Notes: generated by a model from the letters alone, not told the origin. DNA of 64,000 nucleotides from Candidatus Obscuribacteraceae bacterium (GCA_044226015.1 JBGAHS010000001.1:1312001-1376000), one strand, 5' to 3'; numbered from the stretch's first letter, positions 42,948 to 53,010 are shown. Numbers and translations are program-made.

Positions 42948-43322
42948 TTACAATGAAGCCGCACTCTTTCCTACGATCTGCTCCACGCGTGCGGATAGTT
43001 CTTTAAGGTTGAAAGGTTTTGCCATATAGTCTGTGGCGCCGGCATCCATCAAGGACTGTATTTCTTTTGCCTCTGTTCTTCCTGTTAACATCAATACTGG
43101 CATTTTCCCGCCTTCAGTTCGATATTGCCTGAGAACATCTATGCCGTTCATTCCAGGAAGTTGCCAATCCAAGACTACGATATCGAAAGCACCGAAACGC
43201 ATTTGTTCAAGAGCTTCTGTTCCTGTAAAGACAGCTTCAACTGTGTGTTGCTGAAACATGAGCCAATCTTGAAGCGTTTCCGACAGATCCGTGTCATCTT
43301 CAACCAGCAAAATGTTAGCCAT
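42948..43322 (-). CDS. Single-domain response regulator (REC)
   Basis: LLVEDD, LDWQLPGMNG, LTG, YMAKPF. Confidence 0.92.
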   Translation of the reverse strand: MANILLVEDDTDLSETLQDWLMFQQHTVEAVFTGTEALEQMRFGAFDIVVLDWQLPGMNGIDVLRQYRTEGGKMPVLMLTGRTEAKEIQSLMDAGATDYMAKPFNLKELSARVEQIVGKSAASL

Positions 43323-43351
43323 ATAGAAGTTCCTTTTAGCGAGCGGACTGT

Positions 43352-45934
43352 TTACCCTTCGATGACAATTTGGCTACGTCCATTTGCTTTCGCTATGTAT
43401 AGCCTTTTGTCTGCATGTAAAACAAGATCGTGAATAGTGTTTCCGTCTTCCGGAAAATCGACCATTCCGGCGCTGAACGAAGTGTAAAAGGGTTCCCCCT
43501 GGTCGCCCTGAAATTCAACCTTCTTTAGTTCATCCAATACCCGGTTTAATGCCTTTTGCATCGTTTCTTTGCGCTCGTGCTTGAACGCAAGGATAAATTC
43601 TTCGCCACCCCAGCGACCTCGCAGGTCTTCAACTCGGAATCGTCGCCGTAACAATTTGCCAAAATATTGTAAAACTCGGTCGCCAGCCATGTGTCCAAAC
43701 TTGTCATTGACTTTCTTGAAGTGGTCAACGTCCATCAAGCAAAGCGAGAAGTTGAATTTGTGCCTTTCTGATTCAGAAAGCAAGGCGGTGATTTGATCCA
43801 CGAAAGCGCGGCGTAGAAGTAAGCCTGTCAAAAGGTCCCGGTCTTGTCGTTCCCGTTGCATTCTGGCTCTGTCCAGCCGTACTTTCACACGCTTCAACAA
43901 TTCCATGTTGATTACCGGCTTTGGAAGATAGTCATCGCCGCCTGAATCAAACGCTGAAAGTCTAGACGCGAGGTCCGTTTGCGCTGTAAGGAAAATGATT
44001 GGCAAGTCTTGCCATCTGCCTGTGCCACGTACTTTTTTGCAAACATCGAAACCTAGAATTCCCGGCATCATCACATCGAGAAGCATCAGGTCGGGTTGGT
44101 ATTCTTCAAGAATTTCCAGCACGTAATTTGGATTGTTTAGAGCTTTGACCAACATTCCTTCATTTCCGAGCGTGCTGGTAATCAAATCCGTGAAATCTTC
44201 ATCATCATCGACAATCAGGACCCTAGAGCGGCCTCCCTCTCTGATGGTAACCAGATGTTGTAGGGCCTGTTGAAGAGTGTCTTGCTTGTATGGTTTCTCC
44301 AGGAACAGTGATGCCCCAGCATGGGTTGCTTCGGCTCTATCATTCTCGTCGTTGTGCGAGATAAATCCTAACGGTAGAGTTTCGTACCCAACCATGCTTC
44401 TAAGCTCTCTGGCTAATTGGAACGCACTATCACGCTCATCTGGTACTATCTCAATGAGAGCTGCATCTAATTGCTGTTTTGCCGCTCTTTCGAGTGCCTC
44501 CTCTGGACTTCCTACTCCGATAATTTCTAAGGGAATACCTTGTCCAGCTGCTGTGTGCCCATGTACAGACGGATCTCCTTTACCGTTGTTGTTCAAAGAG
44601 GGCGGCTCTTTGCTGACAACGAGAACTTTTGCTTTGGCAGCATCAGGATTCAGGTTCGCCAATTCTTCGGCCGTCGGTACATAGTCCGAAAACTGTAGCT
44701 TTACGTTTTCAACTTCTTTTTTTGCTGCTAAAAGAGCGCTGTCGACGTGACCCCATTCTTCTTTGTGGTTTACGTCTGCTAGTTCCAGCATGTCTCTTAG
44801 TGAATATTCAATGCGCTCAGCGAGGTTGCCTAGCACATCGAAACCACAGGACCGGGATGTGCCTTTTAGGTTGTGAGACAATCTTCGTCCTTCTATCAGC
44901 AGATTGGGATCGGGTTTAGTTCGATCTACTTCCTGAATATTCTGTTCGATCTGCTTGACGCGTGATGGTAGCGACTTGGAAAACTTCTGGCGGAAACTGA
45001 GTAGCGTGGCGTCCGCGAATGCATTGAGAGTCGCTGTGGAGGGACTGCCAGGTAGTGGAGGACCAGCTTGGGAGCCGCCCCCTGGTAAGGGCACTGTAGC
45101 GGTCGGTTGTGGGACTTGCAACCCTGCATTCATATTGGCCAGGCCTGGAAATTCGTAGCTGTTGGTGTTTCCCCCGGCCACTGGCCACGGTGTATTTCCG
45201 GAGCCTGGCACTGAAGGACCCGACCAACTCATGCCATCTTTTGATGTTGGAATATTGGCAGGTGATGAGAGTGAATTTGGAAGAGAGCCGGGTGATTGCG
45301 GCAGGGGCTGGGGAATCTCGCTTGATTTGGCCACTTGCTCGGATTGTTGGTTTTGTGTGCCTATGTTTTGCGGTAACGCAGGATAGGTACCCGAAGTAAC
45401 AGAACTCTGCGCTGTAAATGAAGGCGATGACGAAGGGATGGCGGTGAAGGAGCCTGATGCTGATGGCATTGGTGTCGAGATGGACCCGCCAGGAGTCGGT
45501 ACTACTCCCATCGGCGGCGGTGTTGATTCTAACCCGCTACCTGGGAGAGCTGGAAGTCCTCGCCTCTGGTCGTGCCAGAGTGCGTCAACTTGAACCCCGA
45601 ATACGCTTGATTTTATTGGACGATGAAAGATATGGGCGACCTTCAATTCTTTAGTGATTTTTTGAAAGAACTCTGCATCTCGCCAAATCTGAGATAGAAA
45701 AGCAACCTTTAGTTCCTTTTCCTTCTGTCTCAGTTTAATAATGAATCCGACACCATCAATATCAGTCAGCTCTTCACCAACCAAAACCAGGTCCGGCTTG
45801 CTGTCCAAAATCATTTCTATAGCTTTGTGACCAGAGATTTCCTGTTCAACACTGAAATCCCGCGCCTCAAGCAGAGGCACTATAAGCGCACGTAAAGCTT
45901 CGTCTGTCTCCAGCAGGAGAACCTTTCTGCCCAT
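43352..45934 (-). CDS. Diguanylate cyclase with REC-linker-Hpt-REC-REC-GGDEF architecture
   Basis: Hpt SHNLKGTS; canonical third REC LLDVMMP; DVDHFKKVNDKFGHMAGD; RVED I-site; GGEEF. Confidence 0.9.
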   Translation of the reverse strand: MGRKVLLLETDEALRALIVPLLEARDFSVEQEISGHKAIEMILDSKPDLVLVGEELTDIDGVGFIIKLRQKEKELKVAFLSQIWRDAEFFQKITKELKVAHIFHRPIKSSVFGVQVDALWHDQRRGLPALPGSGLESTPPPMGVVPTPGGSISTPMPSASGSFTAIPSSSPSFTAQSSVTSGTYPALPQNIGTQNQQSEQVAKSSEIPQPLPQSPGSLPNSLSSPANIPTSKDGMSWSGPSVPGSGNTPWPVAGGNTNSYEFPGLANMNAGLQVPQPTATVPLPGGGSQAGPPLPGSPSTATLNAFADATLLSFRQKFSKSLPSRVKQIEQNIQEVDRTKPDPNLLIEGRRLSHNLKGTSRSCGFDVLGNLAERIEYSLRDMLELADVNHKEEWGHVDSALLAAKKEVENVKLQFSDYVPTAEELANLNPDAAKAKVLVVSKEPPSLNNNGKGDPSVHGHTAAGQGIPLEIIGVGSPEEALERAAKQQLDAALIEIVPDERDSAFQLARELRSMVGYETLPLGFISHNDENDRAEATHAGASLFLEKPYKQDTLQQALQHLVTIREGGRSRVLIVDDDEDFTDLITSTLGNEGMLVKALNNPNYVLEILEEYQPDLMLLDVMMPGILGFDVCKKVRGTGRWQDLPIIFLTAQTDLASRLSAFDSGGDDYLPKPVINMELLKRVKVRLDRARMQRERQDRDLLTGLLLRRAFVDQITALLSESERHKFNFSLCLMDVDHFKKVNDKFGHMAGDRVLQYFGKLLRRRFRVEDLRGRWGGEEFILAFKHERKETMQKALNRVLDELKKVEFQGDQGEPFYTSFSAGMVDFPEDGNTIHDLVLHADKRLYIAKANGRSQIVIEG

Positions 45935-46106
45935 TCTATGTAACTAGTCCCGCCCCACGAAATTTAATAAAGGTTATTTCGAATCATGCCCAGAAATATC
46001 GCTACTTACACTTCTCAGATAATCTTGTGCAACTTGAAGGACTTTCTGACAGCTACCGGAATTCAATTCGAAAACGAGGATTTACTGCCTAACATGTGTG
46101 GTAAAT

Positions 46107-46279
46107 TTCGATACTCAAACGGTATCGCTCGGATAAGCGACTAGTTCGATACTCAAACGGTATCGCTCGGATAAGCGACTAGTTCGATACTCAAACGGTA
46201 TCGCTCGGATAAGCGACTAGTTCGATACTCAAACGGTATCGCTCGAATAAGCGACTAGTTCGATACTCAAACGGTATCG
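46107..46279. repeat. 38-bp tandem array (4.5 copies) TTCGATACTCAAACGGTATCGCTCGGATAAGCGACTAG
   Basis: Near-perfect copies; internal inverted pairs CGATAC/GTATCG and TCGCT/AGCGA. Confidence 0.95.
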
Positions 46280-46592
46280 TTAAGATACGACACGATCCCT
46301 TGAATCGAATTCAGATAAGCAACTTGATAAAAGTTGCGGAACGATTATGAGTTCAGCGCACAAAAAAATTTAGCCAATCCAAATTGAATCGGGCGTGACT
46401 GTGAGCTGCAGATTCTGATGACTCCTTACGCGTCTGATGTCTAATACTCCATTATGCTTATTCACTTCTTTGAAGTTAGACAAATGAGGCAAGTATGGAC
46501 GCTTGTTTCACCCGTGGAAACAATTGCGTGCATACTTGAGCGTCATGACCAAATAGCTCTATGCTCAATTGAAAGATGGGCTATGTTAACCA

Positions 46593-47555
46593 TTAGACCG
46601 CTGACGGCACGAAAACCTTGGAAGGAGAAACATAGCTCTGGATAAGATTTCGATTTGGCGGTTCGGCTGAACAAAATTCAAACCAACAAGATTGATTCCA
46701 GTTTTTAGTGAGCGAATTCCAAAACAAAGCTAAGTACATCTGCACATATTTACGGCTGATTCTCTGCCAAATATTTTTTGTGGTTTGGAAAAATTGTTCT
46801 AGGGATGTGCCGATGGTTTCAATAGATGGTGGAATGCCTTGTGTTTCGCTAAGTTTGTACGATTGACCATTCCTAGACTCGATCAATCCTCTAAACTGTA
46901 GGCTCGTCAAACCCATCACCAAATCATCAAAGTTAATGCCGATAATTTCGATTAGCTCGTCAAGGGTCTGAAACTCATCTATCTTGAGACACTGAAAAAT
47001 TGATTGTTCAAGTTCGCTGAGGGAATTTAAATGATCATTCGATTGGGAATCTTTATGTTCGAGTTTGTTTAATGCAAGTTGTTCTTCTTTTGGATGTGCA
47101 TTAGCCGGAGTCTCTGAGCTCCTTCTACAAAAGAGCTCAAGAAACACTGCTGTCGAAACGAGAGGTAACTCTCGCATTCTTTCAGTGATGAAAAGCGCGA
47201 TTGTCTTGATGATGTTTTGCGCTGTCGATAGCGCTGTTCCGAAAATCTTCGCAAACTCATACGCGGAGAAGAGTATTCCTTTTTCTGTGAGCCAGAGTCC
47301 TGCAAACCATGCTCGAACTAAGCGAACTCTCGCAAAGACTGTATCAGCATATATTCTGCGTTTACGACCACAATTATCACACTCGGAAATTCTAGGATTT
47401 TGCGTAACTGTGTATTTGTCACTTCCACATCTTTCGCAATTTGGTGTTTGGAAAATCAACGATAGTGCTCTGTGACAGGATAATTCATCCGGAAACAATT
47501 TGTTGAACTCCTGCATGTTTCGCTGGAGATCACTTTCTCTTTTTTCCTTCGCCAT
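46593..47555 (-). CDS. IS1595-transposase-like Zn-ribbon/HTH protein with internal winged-helix and no recognisable DDE domain
   Basis: FPDELSC...CERCG...CDNCG...TVF...WF (IS1595-type Zn ribbon); LSELEQSIFQCL...TLDELIE...LTSLQFRGLI (DprA-like wHTH); ISRKYVQMYLALF (IS1595-like C-terminus); ATG 47555 with GAGGAG RBS. Confidence 0.65.
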   Translation of the reverse strand: MAKEKRESDLQRNMQEFNKLFPDELSCHRALSLIFQTPNCERCGSDKYTVTQNPRISECDNCGRKRRIYADTVFARVRLVRAWFAGLWLTEKGILFSAYEFAKIFGTALSTAQNIIKTIALFITERMRELPLVSTAVFLELFCRRSSETPANAHPKEEQLALNKLEHKDSQSNDHLNSLSELEQSIFQCLKIDEFQTLDELIEIIGINFDDLVMGLTSLQFRGLIESRNGQSYKLSETQGIPPSIETIGTSLEQFFQTTKNIWQRISRKYVQMYLALFWNSLTKNWNQSCWFEFCSAEPPNRNLIQSYVSPSKVFVPSAV

Positions 47556-47581
47556 GATCACGCTCCTCTTTGTTCTTTTAT

Positions 47582-47613
47582 TCTTTAAACGTTTTGCGTG
47601 TGAAAAAAGTTCA
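47582..47613 (-). promoter_or_regulatory. Putative ECF-sigma-type promoter TGAACTTTTT-N11-ACGTTTAAAGA
   Basis: Matches 5091-5122 in sequence and spacing; about 27 nt upstream of the start codon. Confidence 0.55.
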
Positions 47614-47833
47614 AAAAAAATGCTGAGAAGTTACTACTTGGGTTCTGATTTTAACTTGGCTTTGTCAAGCTATGCCTCGGTGAGAATCGTTTTTCTTCGA
47701 AAATGTCTTACGGATGCTGGTAGCGCATATGGTGGCGCTTGATTATTAGCTGAAAAGGTATTAGAGAGCAAAATTGGAAAAACTTCCTGTTGGAATTCAG
47801 CAACAGGCTAGGCAACAGGCGCTAGCGGATCAT

Positions 47834-48081
47834 AATTACTCGGACTCACTGATTTTTTTCTGGCAAGTGCTAAGGCGCCTGCGATTTTCTACCGCCAATC
47901 CTAACGCAATTATTTCCAAGCTAAAAAATTGCTCTTACTCACGGACTTTGTTTGCTGGCAAGTGCTAAGGCGCCTGCGATTTTCTGCCGCCTGTTTTAAC
48001 GCGTTTATTTACAAGCCAAAAATTACTCTGACTCACGGATTTTTGCTTGCGAGCGCCATTGCGCCTGCGATTTTTCTGCCG
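47834..48081. repeat. Diverged 93-94-bp tandem repeat (about 2.6 copies) overlapping the 3' end of the DUF488 gene
   Basis: Units start at 47834, 47927 and 48021; shared ACTCAC.GA...GCGCCTGCGATTTT. Confidence 0.8.
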
Positions 48082-48628
48082 ATGTTTCCCTCTCGGAATC
48101 TGCGTTTGCCAAGAAAAGATTGAGCTGGGTCGGGGGCTCGTCTACATGATTCGCCAAAACCAATTCTAAATAAGTTTGCAAATCACCATGCTTTCGGATA
48201 TGCAAAACATCAATCCCGGATTCAGATGCAAATTTGGAAATTAAGAGATGGCGATGGCAGCCGCTAGGATCCTCCTCTCCGCACATCACGGCAACTCTGA
48301 ATGATTTAATACCTTTCTGCAACCGTTCCATGCCACCGAGAAACTTACTCGATGCCGCGAGTTTTGCGTAATCCACGAATCCCTCGGAATCGTAAAACTC
48401 GTTTTCTTTCGGTTTACCGCCTATCTCATGACCAAGAAATACGTACTTGAAGTTCCTTTTTTTTAACTCTTGTTTCAAAAACTCACCTGTGAAGTGCGTT
48501 GCATAGCGCGAGTAAGGATTGCTCCTTACGTCTGCTACCACTTCTATTGAGTGCATAGCTAGTAGCTCGATGAATTTGTCCATCGAATAGTTTGAGTGCC
48601 CGATAGTATAGAGTCGAAGTGTGCTCAC
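48023..48628 (-). CDS. DUF488 family protein
   Basis: LYTIGHSN, VADVRSNPYSR, MCGEEDPSGCHRHLL. Confidence 0.9.
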   Translation of the reverse strand: MSTLRLYTIGHSNYSMDKFIELLAMHSIEVVADVRSNPYSRYATHFTGEFLKQELKKRNFKYVFLGHEIGGKPKENEFYDSEGFVDYAKLAASSKFLGGMERLQKGIKSFRVAVMCGEEDPSGCHRHLLISKFASESGIDVLHIRKHGDLQTYLELVLANHVDEPPTQLNLFLANADSERETSAEKSQAQWRSQAKIRESE

Positions 48629-48662
48629 GCTTTAACTAATCGAAAGCTTGTGAAAGTTCCAG

Positions 48663-50408
48663 CTATTCGGCAACCAGTTGATATATGCGGTCGAGTGCAG
48701 CGTCAACGTCAGCCGGCAACTGCACTCTTAATAGGCGCCTTTTTCGCGAGCTCAGTGCTTTGAAGTCACCGAGCGCTTGAGCTTCTTTCAGGACTGCGAA
48801 ACTAAATTTCTCTCCCGGAATTTCAACGTCTTGTTTTTCTTCGCTTGTGATTTGCAAGAAGACGCCGCTGTTTGGTCCACCTTTGTGCAACTGCCCCGTT
48901 GAGTGTAAAAACCTTGGTCCAAAACCAACAGTTGTGGCGACTTTGTATTTCTGCATTACAAAGTCGCGAATCCTTTGGAGTTTAGCCTCCAGTCTGGGGC
49001 AGCACTCAATGTATGCATTTATAGCAAAGTAGTTGCCAGGGCTTAACTGTGAGAGGTGTGCTTGAAACAATGCTCTCATCGTTTCCTTACTTCCAACTTT
49101 TGCCTTAAGTTGCTTGATGTTATCGTCGTCGGCAAACAACTCGAATCCACTTTCAATAACGAGCAATTTGTTTTCTGGAAGATACCCTTCTTCTTCGTAT
49201 TCAGCGAGTATCTCTTTGGTGAAATCTTTGCTCTCTTGCACATTTGGCTGATTGAAAGCGTTAATTCCGATAATTGAGCCGCCGGTTGCAGTTGCAATTT
49301 CCCAACGCAAGAATTCGGCTCCCAGGTGAGCCAGATCGCTCATTTCAATACGAACCACTGGTTGCCCGGCTGCCTCTAGAGCTGCGATCCGCGCATCTTG
49401 ATCGGGACAGGTTTTCGTTGAAAGTCGCACATAAACAAACAATCGATCAGAACCATAGTCAGATGGTTCGCTTAGCGTTTCCGCTGCAATCGGTATAATT
49501 CCTTTGCCGTCTTTGCCAGTGCTCTCTGCAATGAGCTGTTCAAGCCAGGTGCCAAGGCTGTGCACCGCAGGTGATGTCACTAATGTGACTTTATCTCTAC
49601 TTCCTCTGGTTAGGACACCAAGGATTGTACCAAGCAACACGCCTGGATTGTCTCCCGGAGATACTTCTGCACCACACATCTTTTGCATGCTGTGGGCATG
49701 TTCTAGAATCTCTTTGACGTTAAGTCCCATTACTGTCGCTGGAACCATACCGAAGTTTGATAGAGCTGAGAATCGACCGCCAATACTTGGTCGTCCGTAA
49801 AAGGTGTGAGCAAACTTCAAATCCTTTGCTTTCTTCTCCATCGAAGAGCCAGGATCAGTGATAGCTAAGAAATGTTCTCCTGCTTTGTCACCAACGATTT
49901 TTTTTGTTTCGTCATAGAAGTATTGGCACAGAACGTTAGGTTCTGTCGTGCTTCCAGATTTGCTCGCCACGATGAAAAATGTTTTGCCTGGATCAATCTG
50001 GTTTCGGATACTGAGCACCTGTGCGGGCACTACTGAGTCAAGAACCAACATTTCGGGATGACCAGCTATGTTCCCGAATGTTTGTCGCATAACTTCTACA
50101 CAGAGGCTGCTTCCACCCATTCCCAGCAAGACAGCATGCTTGTAATTCTTAGACTTGATCTCGCTGCTGAGTGCGTCAAGTTTGCCGAGGTGCTCAAGTT
50201 GTTCATCAACAATGTCGAGCCAGCCTAGCCAGTCGCCCTCATCTTTGTTGCTCCACAAGCTAGCATCTTTTGACCAGAGACGTTTGGGAAAATCTTTGCT
50301 GGTAAGAGCGGCGAGTTCAGCTTTTAATGCTTCTTCGAATTTTCCTAGCGAATGGCTGGTTGCACCGGTTTTGACATTCTGCGCCACACTGCTATCGGCG
50401 TTTCCCAT
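48663..50408 (-). CDS. pgi: Glucose-6-phosphate isomerase (PGI-domain type seen in Tal-Pgi fusions)
   Basis: LGMGGSSL, VASKSGST, IGGRFSALS, EQLIAESTGK, FNQPNVQESK, GPRFLHSTGQLHKGG; ATG 50408 preferred over the ORF-track start 50450. Confidence 0.88.
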   Translation of the reverse strand: MGNADSSVAQNVKTGATSHSLGKFEEALKAELAALTSKDFPKRLWSKDASLWSNKDEGDWLGWLDIVDEQLEHLGKLDALSSEIKSKNYKHAVLLGMGGSSLCVEVMRQTFGNIAGHPEMLVLDSVVPAQVLSIRNQIDPGKTFFIVASKSGSTTEPNVLCQYFYDETKKIVGDKAGEHFLAITDPGSSMEKKAKDLKFAHTFYGRPSIGGRFSALSNFGMVPATVMGLNVKEILEHAHSMQKMCGAEVSPGDNPGVLLGTILGVLTRGSRDKVTLVTSPAVHSLGTWLEQLIAESTGKDGKGIIPIAAETLSEPSDYGSDRLFVYVRLSTKTCPDQDARIAALEAAGQPVVRIEMSDLAHLGAEFLRWEIATATGGSIIGINAFNQPNVQESKDFTKEILAEYEEEGYLPENKLLVIESGFELFADDDNIKQLKAKVGSKETMRALFQAHLSQLSPGNYFAINAYIECCPRLEAKLQRIRDFVMQKYKVATTVGFGPRFLHSTGQLHKGGPNSGVFLQITSEEKQDVEIPGEKFSFAVLKEAQALGDFKALSSRKRRLLRVQLPADVDAALDRIYQLVAE

Positions 50409-50642
50409 TTCCTTATCCCCTTGTGAAGCTATCAGACTCGATGATGCCAAGACTATTATTTCCCGGCTGTCAGCATACCGGGCGAGGCAATCCTAATGCG
50501 CTAAGTATATCTAAATATGTCCCGAGAATTGAGACTCTTTAAGAGTACTTTCCTCACAAAAAGCTGTAATTCTGATGTCAGCAAGTGAGTTCTGCTACAC
50601 TATGCCAGACATTTGCGCATAGAGTCGATTGGGAGGTTCTAG

Positions 50643-51080
50643 ATGGTTGAGACTATTCAACTAACTCGCCAGGTTCAGGTTAAAGCTATTGTCACTGAAA
50701 ATTTCAAGGGGCAGGTCGCCGCTGAAATCAATCGCAACCTGCAACAAATCGATGCAGAGCTTCAACAGTTGGAATTCAAAGGCAAGAGAGCTATCTCTGA
50801 TATCGAAAAGAGAAGTCCCAGTCCTATGCCCCCCGAAGTGAAAGCTCAGGTTGAAACGATCAGGCAGCAGGTCGAAGCTGAGAAGCTCCGCTTAATGCAG
50901 CTGAAAGAAGAAATGACAGCTCAGAGCAACGCGCTTAACGAATTGCCTATTGGAAGTGTTGTTACTCAATTCACAGTCGAAAACCAGGTAGATGTCAGAA
51001 TCGGGGAGAACATATTTCAACGCCTTGAGGGCGGTGAGATTCTCGTTAAAGACGGCATAATTCAAGAGATTCGTATCTAG
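50643..51080 (+). CDS. YlqD family protein
   Basis: VQVKAIVTE...QIDAELQQLEF...EILVKDGIIQEIR pattern; RBS GGAGG. Confidence 0.85.
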   Translation: MVETIQLTRQVQVKAIVTENFKGQVAAEINRNLQQIDAELQQLEFKGKRAISDIEKRSPSPMPPEVKAQVETIRQQVEAEKLRLMQLKEEMTAQSNALNELPIGSVVTQFTVENQVDVRIGENIFQRLEGGEILVKDGIIQEIRI

Positions 51081-51121
51081 GTAACTCGATTATCGCGACT
51101 CCATCGCGATTATTATTAACC

Positions 51122-51316
51122 TCAGCAAGAGGTCCGAAGATTGGGAAGTGCTCCTTGATCCTCTAGCGACAGCATTTGCGAGGATGCTTCGCGCGGACCC
51201 TCGGTTTGAGCTGGCTTGTTAAGGGCTTGCAATTCAAGGTTTTTCCAAATCTGAGTAGCCCAGCTAGACTGAGAGTCATCAGTCTTATCAATCGAATTTC
51301 CAGGTTTGTCGGTCAT
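51122..51316 (-). CDS. Small hypothetical protein (about 64 aa)
   Basis: ATG 51316 with GAGGA RBS; non-overlapping ORF. Confidence 0.4.
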   Translation of the reverse strand: MTDKPGNSIDKTDDSQSSWATQIWKNLELQALNKPAQTEGPREASSQMLSLEDQGALPNLRTSC

Positions 51317-51450
51317 AGTAACGGGTCCTCGCTTGATTTCGCCCAATCAATGCGATCCTCATTCACTTATCGCATCAAAGAGGAATGACATTTTTGTAAC
51401 ATTTTTACACCTTGAAATTTCGAAGGTCAAAATCAAATGCCGAGTAGCAA

Positions 51451-51659
51451 TTGGAAAATCGAAACGCAAACGGTAGCGATTGGAAAATTGAAACGCAAAC
51501 GGTAGCGATTGGAAAATCGAAACGCAAACGGTATCGATTGGAAAATCGAAACGCAAACGGTATCGATTGGAAAATCGAAACGCATCGATTGGAAAATCGA
51601 AACGTAAACGGTAGCGATTGGAAAATCGAAACACAAACGGTGTCGATCGGAAAATCGAA
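51451..51659. repeat. 29-bp tandem array (about 7 copies) TTGGAAAATCGAAACGCAAACGGTA(G/T)CGA
   Basis: Units at 51451, 51480, 51509, 51538, 51567 (7-bp deletion), 51589, 51618. Confidence 0.95.
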
Positions 51660-51823
51660 GCCAACAAGTTCCGTTCAGAATTTGAATAGCGTTATCTCAA
51701 AGCGATAGCATTTCGTCAATTTATAATTGCGATATTGGGATATTCGCTTCCTCTACCTTTAGATCAATGGATTATTCGCGGAACCATGTATTGATTCACC
51801 GGGAATTTAATACAGCCGTCACT

Positions 51824-52642
51824 TTAGGAGGCGAGCTTGAAACCTGCTACTTGTTTCAGATAGTCTCGCAATGAGGCAATCCAGAATTGGAGCTGAGCTG
51901 TTGTAACATCGAAACCGTCGGTGGCTTCCAACTTTGCAAGGCATTCGTAAAGCTGGCGCGACGATTCCAGTGAACGAACCGACAACTCTTCGATTGTAGC
52001 GATGTGTTGCTCTGATCTTCCGGTCGAAAGGGTTATGAGTTTGTTTTGTGCACGGCTAAGACCCATGATGAAAAGCCCGCGCTTCCATGGCTCGCAATTA
52101 TTCAACACCACTCGGATCATGAACTTCTCTGGAACGCCTGCTGCAGGCATCTGGTCCATATCTTCTTGGATTTCGACTACCTTTTTTCTCTTTGTCTTGA
52201 ACTGTGCTCCCCATGCTGCTGGTTTCAAATCCTCTGAGGTAATTTGTGACTCAACCAATTGCGAGCCGAATAATCTGCAGGCTATGCATGTGTGTTTCTC
52301 AACTGCTTTGACTAACCCTTCGTTGTCTTCGCCATAACGTATCAATAAATCTTGGAGATAAGTGCCACCATCATTTTTTGGTTCGCCAAGCCTAATGCAA
52401 GCCTTATCGCGATTGAAACTGTCGCACACATACCCAGGTCCTAGTGTTTCTTTCAACAACGACTCCACTTGCCTGCGCAAAAAAGTCTTGAAATTAGATC
52501 CAGAGATGTAAGGCATACCTGAGAGGTCTTTTAAAGTATAGAGGTCTGGGGAATTTCGCCTTCCGTCTCCGGATTGTTCGAGACGAGCACCATTTTTACA
52601 TTTGATGAAACCTGTGAGAACCACGCGGGATTGAAAACTCAT
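51824..52642 (-). CDS. RAMP-superfamily Cas7-group protein (Csm3/Csx7-like), stand-alone
   Basis: DLYTLKDLSGMPYISGSNFKTFLR (compare PxIPGSSxKGxLR); Cys cluster ending CIACRLFGS; C-terminal G-rich loop degenerate. Confidence 0.8.
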   Translation of the reverse strand: MSFQSRVVLTGFIKCKNGARLEQSGDGRRNSPDLYTLKDLSGMPYISGSNFKTFLRRQVESLLKETLGPGYVCDSFNRDKACIRLGEPKNDGGTYLQDLLIRYGEDNEGLVKAVEKHTCIACRLFGSQLVESQITSEDLKPAAWGAQFKTKRKKVVEIQEDMDQMPAAGVPEKFMIRVVLNNCEPWKRGLFIMGLSRAQNKLITLSTGRSEQHIATIEELSVRSLESSRQLYECLAKLEATDGFDVTTAQLQFWIASLRDYLKQVAGFKLAS

Positions 52643-53010
52643 TGTGGTGCTACCTCGCTAATACGAACTGTTGGGGGCAAGATATGGCACCTGACGACAC
52701 TGCTGCGTAAGCAGAACGCCGAGCTAAGTAGCTGGCGGTATCAAATATGGTGCCCTTACGGGTTTCTCTCAAACTTTATTGCGTAACAGTATACACAGTT
52801 AATCTATAACAGGATCGTCGTTACCAAAAATCGCGGGTTAAAAATAGTTCTTGTCAACTTCGTGCTTACGGAATACTGCATGCTGCCCCGTTCGGGCGGG
52901 GTCTGGTTATCTAACTTGCCCGCTGATAGATGACGCCAACTGTTTGCAGGATTACCGGTAGACATTCGACGATGCATTTCTTTTGCTTGCAACACGAGCT
53001 GTTTCTGGGG

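Noticed and set aside
42511..43006. Short ORFs over microsatellites (also 51359-51708, 52804-53657, 54432-54672, 59916-60575)
   Set aside because: Translations merely mirror the DNA repeats and lack independent coding evidence
46593..47555. Active IS1595 insertion sequence
   Set aside because: No DDE motifs, terminal inverted repeats or target-site duplication recognised
48663..50450. Bifunctional transaldolase/PGI fusion
   Set aside because: Protein is under 600 aa and shows only PGI motifs; no transaldolase domain
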